A DNA stretch of 29,163 bases, from sequence record DRR378314_1069, one strand, 5' to 3'. Of this stretch, positions 29,137 through 29,163 are shown piece by piece; the first letter of the stretch is position 1, and the number at the start of each line of letters is the position of its first letter. The position numbers and the translations under genes were made by a program. Below the pieces are notes generated by a model. That model saw only the letters and a program-made list of their open reading frames with translations, made no database searches and was not told where the DNA came from.

Positions 29137-29163
29137 GGTGCGGTCGAGAAGACTCGAACTTCC
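29136..29163 (-). tRNA. 3' end of tRNA-Leu (probably GAG anticodon; truncated by the window edge)
   Basis: Minus strand GGAAGTTCGAGTCTTCTCGACCGCACCA: T-arm GAAG-TTCGAGT-CTTC, acceptor strand, discriminator A and encoded CCA. Matches the recalled alphaproteobacterial tRNA-Leu(GAG) 3' end; the anticodon is outside the window. Confidence 0.85.

Overview
Gene-dense chromosomal window from an alphaproteobacterium (inferred from gene content and tRNA sequence; possibly a marine Sneathiella/Rhodospirillales-like lineage, low confidence). Left to right: (1) the last 26 codons of a probable molybdopterin oxidoreductase; (2) a branched-chain acyl-CoA/leucine catabolic cluster on the minus strand (two PaaI thioesterases, isovaleryl-CoA dehydrogenase, thiolase, acyl-CoA dehydrogenase, GST-kappa/NahD-like gene, then, after an oppositely oriented SDR gene, liuB-liuC-liuD-liuE and DUF1489), with a divergent LysR regulator rather than LiuR; (3) maeB-mgtE; (4) a stand-alone PAS_5 gene; (5) a 4-hydroxybenzoate/protocatechuate operon pcaD-C-H-G-I-J-B-pobA with divergent pcaQ and a PcaQ box, lacking pcaF and pobR; (6) exported MsrA, a LysE translocator, a TM-HAMP-PAS chemoreceptor, and the 3' end of a tRNA-Leu with its terminator. 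No mobile element, CRISPR array, defence system or clear pseudogene was seen, and I found no clearly novel multi-gene system. The best leads are the LysR/thioesterase front end of the liu cluster, the pcaF-less pca-pobA operon, and the chemoreceptor with an Aer2-like PAS domain lacking the heme His.
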